Assembly: GCA_016839945.1 (NCBI GenBank)
Contig: JAEOTE010000142.1
Location: 1 to 10,135 of the forward strand
Source: Candidatus Heimdallarchaeota archaeon
Lineage (GTDB): Archaea; Asgardarchaeota; Heimdallarchaeia; Heimdallarchaeales; Heimdallarchaeaceae
Length of the DNA stretch: 10,135 nt
Direction: 5' to 3'
Below the pieces are notes generated by a model that had not been told where the DNA came from, searched no databases, and saw nothing but the letters and a program-made list of their open reading frames with translations. The position numbers were made by a program, and so were the translations under genes. How positions within the stretch are numbered: the stretch's first letter is position 1; every line of letters begins with the position of its first letter. Below, piece after piece: positions 5,455-10,135 of the stretch.

Positions 5455-7671
5455 ATGGTTCGAGTTAAGAATCCAGATGAAATACGTGATATGATTAAAA
5501 ACCATCCAATGAATCAAAGAAGAGTTTTTTCTATCTCAGCTCACATTGATCATGGAAAAACAACCACTAGTGATTATCTATTAAGAAAAGCCGGTTTAAT
5601 GTCAGATGCTGATGCCGGTAAGAAAGTTATGATGGATAGTGATGAAGAAGAACAAGAAAGAGGTATAACAATTTTTACAAGTGTTGTTCTGCTTTCATAT
5701 GAATTAGAAGGTCAAACTTATCTTTGTGAAATTAATGACACTCCAGGTCACATCTCATTTACTGGAGAAGTAAGCAGAGCTCTCAGAGGAAGTGATGGAG
5801 TTATCATTCTTGTTGATGCTCTTGAAGGTGTAATGACTCAGACTGAAACCAATATTAGACTCAGTCTAGGGGAAATGTGTAAACCAGTATTGTTCATTAA
5901 CAAAGTTGACAGACTTATTTCTGAATTAAGATTACAACCTCAGGATGTTTTTGCAAAAATTGACACAATTATTACAGGTGTCAATAAGCTCATCAGAGAA
6001 AATTCACCTGATGAAATAGGTAAAGGATGGCAGGTTTCATTCAAAGATGGTACTGTTGCAGTAGGATCTGCAAAAGATGGTTGGGCTTTCAATATGACAA
6101 CTTTGCAGAAACTACAAATTAAACCTCAAGATGTTTTTGCAAAGTATGATGAGAATGATAAAGAATGGTTAAGAGATAATCTCCCTCTTGAAGAACCTTT
6201 ATTGGAAATGGTTATCAAACATCTTCCAGATCCAGTTGAAGGACAAAAACTTAAAATCCCAGCAATTTGGGATGGAGATTTAGAAAGTCCTGAAGGAAAA
6301 GCTCTTTTAAATTGTGACAGAGATGGTCCTCTTTTAGGAATGATTACAAAAATATTCATTGAACCAAAATCAAAAAGACCAACTCTCATAGGTAGAGTAT
6401 TCTCTGGTACTTTAAAGAAATCCGATACACTCCATCTTATTGGAAAGAAAACTGAAAGTCGAATTAAAAGATTAGGAGTAATGGAAATTACGGACATTCT
6501 AGATGTTGAAGAAGTTCCAGCAGGAAATCTTTTTGCTATTTATGGTTTCATTTGTCCAGCAGGTGAAACCTTTGTTCGAGCGGAAGACAAAGGAAAACTG
6601 AAATCTTTTGAAGATATTTCTTATGTTGCAGAACCTGTTGTAAGTAGAACAATCAAACCAAAAGATCCTCAAGATATAGCAAAACTTGGTGATGTTGTAT
6701 CTAAGTGGATTATGGCTGATCCTACAGCTGCTTTTAGACATGATGAAGAATCGAAAACATATGTATTATCAGGAATAGATCCTCTGCAAATAGAAATTCT
6801 TGTTACACGTATTCAAGAACAAGTTGAAATTGATGTTAGTGACCCTATTATTGTTTATAGGGAAGTTCCCACAAAAAATGGTTTGACTATACACACCAAA
6901 TCTCCAAATGGTCACAACAGAATAATGTTACATGTTGAACCAATGAACCAAGAAGCTGTAGATTTAATCAAATCAGGTAAAGTACATAATGATCAAGATA
7001 GAAGAGAGAGAGCAATAATGCTACAGCAAGAAGCAGGATGGGAAGCTAAGAAAGCAAGAAGAATATGGTTTGTAAAGGATACAAATGTACTTCTAGATGC
7101 AACTACTGGAGTGCAGAGATTAGATAATATAAAAGCCTATATTATACAAATTTTCTTTGACTTTTGTGAAGGATCAACTTTAGCTAAAGAACCTTTAATG
7201 GCTTCTAAGTTCATAATCACAGATGCAAAAGTTCACGTTGATCCAGCTCATACAGGATATACTGAAATAATGCAAATGTGTTTGGCAGCATTTCATACAA
7301 CATTCTTAACAGCAGAACCTCAGATTCTAGAACCTATGTTGATAGTTGATATTAAAGTTCCTAATGATTATGTTGGAAATATGTCCAAAGTTATAACACA
7401 ACATAGAGGGATAATACTTGATATGACACAAGAAGGAGAGAGTACAAATATAAGAGGAAAACTACCTACGGCTGAAACTATTGACATAGCAGATGAGATA
7501 AGAGGAAGCAGCTCTGGACGTGCATTCTTTGGTTATCAATTCCTCGGTTTCGAACGTGTTCCTACTAACTTGGAAGCAGAAACTATTGAATCGATTAGAG
7601 TTCGTAAAGAACTGGCCCCACAAGTACCTGATGTTAATAATTGGGATCGTTTTATTTACAAGCGAACCTAA
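5455..7671 (+). CDS. fusA: Archaeal elongation factor 2 family translational GTPase, divergent (possible aEF-2 paralog)
   Basis: G1 AHIDHGKTT, G2 ERGITI, G3 DTPGH, G4 NKVD, G5 GSA; domain IV SPNGHN; domain V PQILEP and IRGSSSGRA; ~738 aa, the archaeal EF-2 length. ATG 5455 is preferred over TTG 5446. The diphthamide loop reads HVDPAHTGYTE. Confidence 0.92.
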   Translation: MVRVKNPDEIRDMIKNHPMNQRRVFSISAHIDHGKTTTSDYLLRKAGLMSDADAGKKVMMDSDEEEQERGITIFTSVVLLSYELEGQTYLCEINDTPGHISFTGEVSRALRGSDGVIILVDALEGVMTQTETNIRLSLGEMCKPVLFINKVDRLISELRLQPQDVFAKIDTIITGVNKLIRENSPDEIGKGWQVSFKDGTVAVGSAKDGWAFNMTTLQKLQIKPQDVFAKYDENDKEWLRDNLPLEEPLLEMVIKHLPDPVEGQKLKIPAIWDGDLESPEGKALLNCDRDGPLLGMITKIFIEPKSKRPTLIGRVFSGTLKKSDTLHLIGKKTESRIKRLGVMEITDILDVEEVPAGNLFAIYGFICPAGETFVRAEDKGKLKSFEDISYVAEPVVSRTIKPKDPQDIAKLGDVVSKWIMADPTAAFRHDEESKTYVLSGIDPLQIEILVTRIQEQVEIDVSDPIIVYREVPTKNGLTIHTKSPNGHNRIMLHVEPMNQEAVDLIKSGKVHNDQDRRERAIMLQQEAGWEAKKARRIWFVKDTNVLLDATTGVQRLDNIKAYIIQIFFDFCEGSTLAKEPLMASKFIITDAKVHVDPAHTGYTEIMQMCLAAFHTTFLTAEPQILEPMLIVDIKVPNDYVGNMSKVITQHRGIILDMTQEGESTNIRGKLPTAETIDIADEIRGSSSGRAFFGYQFLGFERVPTNLEAETIESIRVRKELAPQVPDVNNWDRFIYKRT

Positions 7672-7675
7672 AACA

Positions 7676-7716
7676 TCTTTTTTTCTATTTTTTCTATATT
7701 TTAAGTTAAAAAAAGA
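7676..7716. terminator. Bidirectional archaeal oligo-T terminator region between convergent genes
   Basis: T7 (7678-7684) and T6 (7688-7693) follow the EF-2 stop on the plus strand. A7 (7708-7714) is a T7 tract on the minus strand after the stop at 7735. Confidence 0.6.
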
Positions 7717-7734
7717 AATGAGTGAAGAGAGTTT

Positions 7735-9258
7735 TTATTCGTCTTCGACGAATTCAGTGCCCAATTGTTCATAAAAGAGATCTTCTTCAGTTATTGGTTC
7801 AAGTTCTCCTTCAATTATTATACCTGCTTCAAATTCCTCGAAATCTTCTATGTCGTCAAGTTCAGGTTCTAGTTCTTCCTCAAATCTTGATGAGAATCTT
7901 TCCTGAATATATCCTACTAAAGCGGTTAGCAAGAGAATGAAAACCACAATTGGTATAAGTAGTAATACAACTCCTTCTGGTTGTAACATTTCTATTGAGT
8001 TATAGATTGATGGCGGGTATCGTAAAACAAACAACAACACATCAGGATTAAGAATTGCATATAATCCTGCAAGCATTATTCCAACTCTGAAAAGAACAGA
8101 AACTCCTACATAAACTAATGTCATTAATGGTTTAATCAAAACTGAAGTTCCTACCAATTTGTCATCTACTCTGGCATCACTGTGAACTAATCCATCATGA
8201 TACCTTTGGAGTCTTGCTGTTAGTTTATCTTGTTGTCCCCCTGGTTTGGCAAAAAGAGAGTCAGAAGCTTTTTCTATAAAATAAGTCATTCCAGCTAGAC
8301 CAAACTTTCTAGCTATAGAGCTTCCTGTACCACTGATTGATAAAGAAGCTTTTGAATCCTCATCATCTTCTTCTGGCTTTTCTAAAACTTGTTTGGGGGT
8401 TGTGTCAGTTACTCCTAACCTGAATTCTCTCAAACGATCTAAAGCTCTTAAAACCCTTTGTTGTCGACTTTGAGCGGGATTCAGTATTTGCGTTATATAT
8501 GATATCTGCAACGATATTTCAAGGAACAAATAGGAAGCTAACGCCATTAAAACAACATTGTTCGAGAATAACTCACCAACTCTATTTGTTGGACTGAATG
8601 AAAATACACCAGGCCAGAAAAGATGTTGAGTACTTGCATGAAATACAATGAGCTGAGTGCAGATGAAAGCTGTTGCAGCTGTACGCATATCTGCGCGGAA
8701 TAGAAACGCAACTAAAGTTAATATAAACAAGATTACAAGAACCATCAATATCGATGCTCTATTTGATGGTTGTAATGAGTTAAAAACTCCTCCACTGAAA
8801 AGATTTCCAAATGATCCAAATAAGTTAGTTGCTGATCCACCAAAGAAAACGTCAGGAGTTAATTCCCCTGTGGGATTAGGTGGGTTAACACCATTGAATA
8901 GATCTTCAGTAACAAATGCTCTAGCACCTAGAAGTATAGCCGCAGCATCAGCACTAGAAATTGCTAAGAAAATCATTAGTGGTGCAGAAAAAATCACGAT
9001 TGCAATATTTTCAAAGAAAACAAAGATAAATGTCATAGAATTAAGAAGGTATCCATCTGGGAATTTAGTGGTATTAGATAGTTCAATTAAACCATTTGTA
9101 GGATGTAATAAAGATAACAAAACCCATAGTGCAATACCAAAGGCAGCTAAACGTCCCACTAAATGAGTTATTATTGTTTGATATCGAGCACCTCTTATTC
9201 TACGTTGAACTCCTCTTATTCCGAGGTCAATAAATCTTGTATCTGCTAAAGATTCCAT
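7735..9258 (-). CDS. Polytopic membrane protein of unknown function (~507 aa) with a large polar loop and a very acidic C-terminal tail
   Basis: About 7-9 hydrophobic segments. Start reassigned from 9351 to ATG 9258 (MESLADTRF), because SD GGTGAT (9270-9265) precedes it and this removes an 86-nt overlap with the DUF58 gene. Confidence 0.82.
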   Translation of the reverse strand: MESLADTRFIDLGIRGVQRRIRGARYQTIITHLVGRLAAFGIALWVLLSLLHPTNGLIELSNTTKFPDGYLLNSMTFIFVFFENIAIVIFSAPLMIFLAISSADAAAILLGARAFVTEDLFNGVNPPNPTGELTPDVFFGGSATNLFGSFGNLFSGGVFNSLQPSNRASILMVLVILFILTLVAFLFRADMRTAATAFICTQLIVFHASTQHLFWPGVFSFSPTNRVGELFSNNVVLMALASYLFLEISLQISYITQILNPAQSRQQRVLRALDRLREFRLGVTDTTPKQVLEKPEEDDEDSKASLSISGTGSSIARKFGLAGMTYFIEKASDSLFAKPGGQQDKLTARLQRYHDGLVHSDARVDDKLVGTSVLIKPLMTLVYVGVSVLFRVGIMLAGLYAILNPDVLLFVLRYPPSIYNSIEMLQPEGVVLLLIPIVVFILLLTALVGYIQERFSSRFEEELEPELDDIEDFEEFEAGIIIEGELEPITEEDLFYEQLGTEFVEDE

Positions 9259-9265
9259 TTTTTTA

Positions 9266-10135
9266 TCACCCTTGACGTTGCATCCTATTAAATTGAGACA
9301 TAACTGTAGGTAAGAAATCATCAGGTCCAACAGAAACTGAAGTAGTGTCATATCGTCTCAAAATCTTGAACATGTTTTGACGTTCTCCAAGTTGTTTTTC
9401 AACCATTGCATGACCAATCATCTGTTCTACAGGTGTGAGTTGTTGAGAAACAATCTCAAACCATGGACCAAATGGAGAGATTACAGTGATGTTGTGTTTT
9501 CTTGCACGTGCTCTTCGAACTGCATTAACTACTTTTTGTGGATTTGATTCAAGATCAGTTATTAGAACTATGTAGGCAGAACGCTTAACTCGTTGTAGAA
9601 GATACTCTATTGCCACTTCTAAATCAGATTCATCTTGAGGTTTAACATGTGCTAAAGCTTCAAGAAACTGGAAGAGATGAGAACGAACTGAAGTAGGTTC
9701 TACCCAATTCCGAATTTCTTTATCATAAACACATAAACCAATAATATCACTTTTTTCAAATGCTAGATGAATAAGTAGAACAGCACTTCGAATAGCGTAC
9801 TCTAATTTAGTATTACGAGGAAGACCAGCACCCATGCTAGCGGAAGAATCAATTAACACAACAACGCGTATATTCTCTTCTGATTCGTACTCACGAACCA
9901 TCATCTTACCAGAACGAGAGAATGCTTTCCAATCAATAAATTTGAAAGGATCTCCCACTTGATATTTTCTGATACCCCAGAAATCCGATCCCATACCTTT
10001 TAATTTTGTACGATGGAATCCAAATAATACGCCTAGTTGTCTTTTTCTTCCTATTAACTCTAGTTTCTTTATGTCTTCATAGCTTGGATAAACTAAAATC
10101 TCTGTTTTAGTTTTTATTTCCCCTTCTGTAGCGTA
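9266..10135 (-). CDS. DUF58 family protein with vWA-like domain (MoxR-associated); 5' end lies beyond the window
   Basis: The frame stays open upstream of the ORF-track Met to the window edge: ...EILVYPSYEDIKK...GFHRTKLKGMGSDFWGIRKYQVGDPFKFIDWKAFSR...VREYE. This matches the DUF58 pattern VYP...G.eF..lReY.pGD....IdWka.Ar. MIDAS-like IDSSASM and LITD are present. Confidence 0.9.
   Translation of the reverse strand, partial: YATEGEIKTKTEILVYPSYEDIKKLELIGRKRQLGVLFGFHRTKLKGMGSDFWGIRKYQVGDPFKFIDWKAFSRSGKMMVREYESEENIRVVVLIDSSASMGAGLPRNTKLEYAIRSAVLLIHLAFEKSDIIGLCVYDKEIRNWVEPTSVRSHLFQFLEALAHVKPQDESDLEVAIEYLLQRVKRSAYIVLITDLESNPQKVVNAVRRARARKHNITVISPFGPWFEIVSQQLTPVEQMIGHAMVEKQLGERQNMFKILRRYDTTSVSVGPDDFLPTVMSQFNRMQRQG

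Noticed and set aside
6126-6741. 123-aa and 80-aa minus-strand ORFs
   Set aside because: Antisense to the EF-2 gene, with composition typical of reverse-frame artefacts.
7676-7720. TTTTTTCTA tandem and imperfect inverted repeat as a MITE or CRISPR remnant
   Set aside because: Low complexity and fully explained by back-to-back oligo-T terminators; no spacer-repeat periodicity or target-site duplication.
7520-7940. 84-aa and 72-aa plus-strand ORFs
   Set aside because: One overlaps the EF-2 3' end out of frame and crosses the terminator. The other is the antisense of the acidic tail, where GAA-rich codons give Leu/Gln-rich text.
8657-9166. 169-aa plus-strand ORF
   Set aside because: Antisense mirror of hydrophobic TM codons, giving Lys/Asn/Ile-rich text; no domain signal.
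9259-9351. 31-aa N-terminal extension of the membrane protein in the ORF track
   Set aside because: It overlaps the DUF58 gene, and a clear GGTGAT SD supports ATG 9258.
9992-9994. Met 9994 as the start of the DUF58 protein
   Set aside because: The frame is open to the window end and includes the conserved VYP motif, so the gene is 5'-truncated by the window.

Overview
AT-rich archaeal chromosomal window, most plausibly from an Asgard archaeon. That assignment is inferred from the archaeal-type EF-2 with a degenerate diphthamide loop, the GGTGAT/GGAGGT ribosome-binding sites and the gene content. The minus strand carries a tightly coupled deazaflavin operon: amidohydrolase/deaminase, pyrimidine reductase (arfC/RibD-C type), cofG and cofH. 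Downstream of it lie a winged-helix + 5-TM (Yip1-like) membrane protein, a possible 34-aa bridging ORF and the 5' end of a secreted/membrane-anchored protein. A stand-alone, strongly divergent EF-2-family GTPase is transcribed divergently from the operon. A DUF58/vWA gene and a polytopic membrane protein with an acidic tail converge on it. Best leads: (i) the amidohydrolase may be the unassigned archaeal riboflavin/F420 pyrimidine deaminase; (ii) the EF-2 has intact GTPase motifs but altered diphthamide-loop and domain III motifs, like the Asgard EF-2 paralogs; (iii) the wHTH-Yip1-like fusion; (iv) an unannotated small ORF with ATGA overlaps at both ends. No RNA genes, CRISPR arrays or mobile elements were seen.
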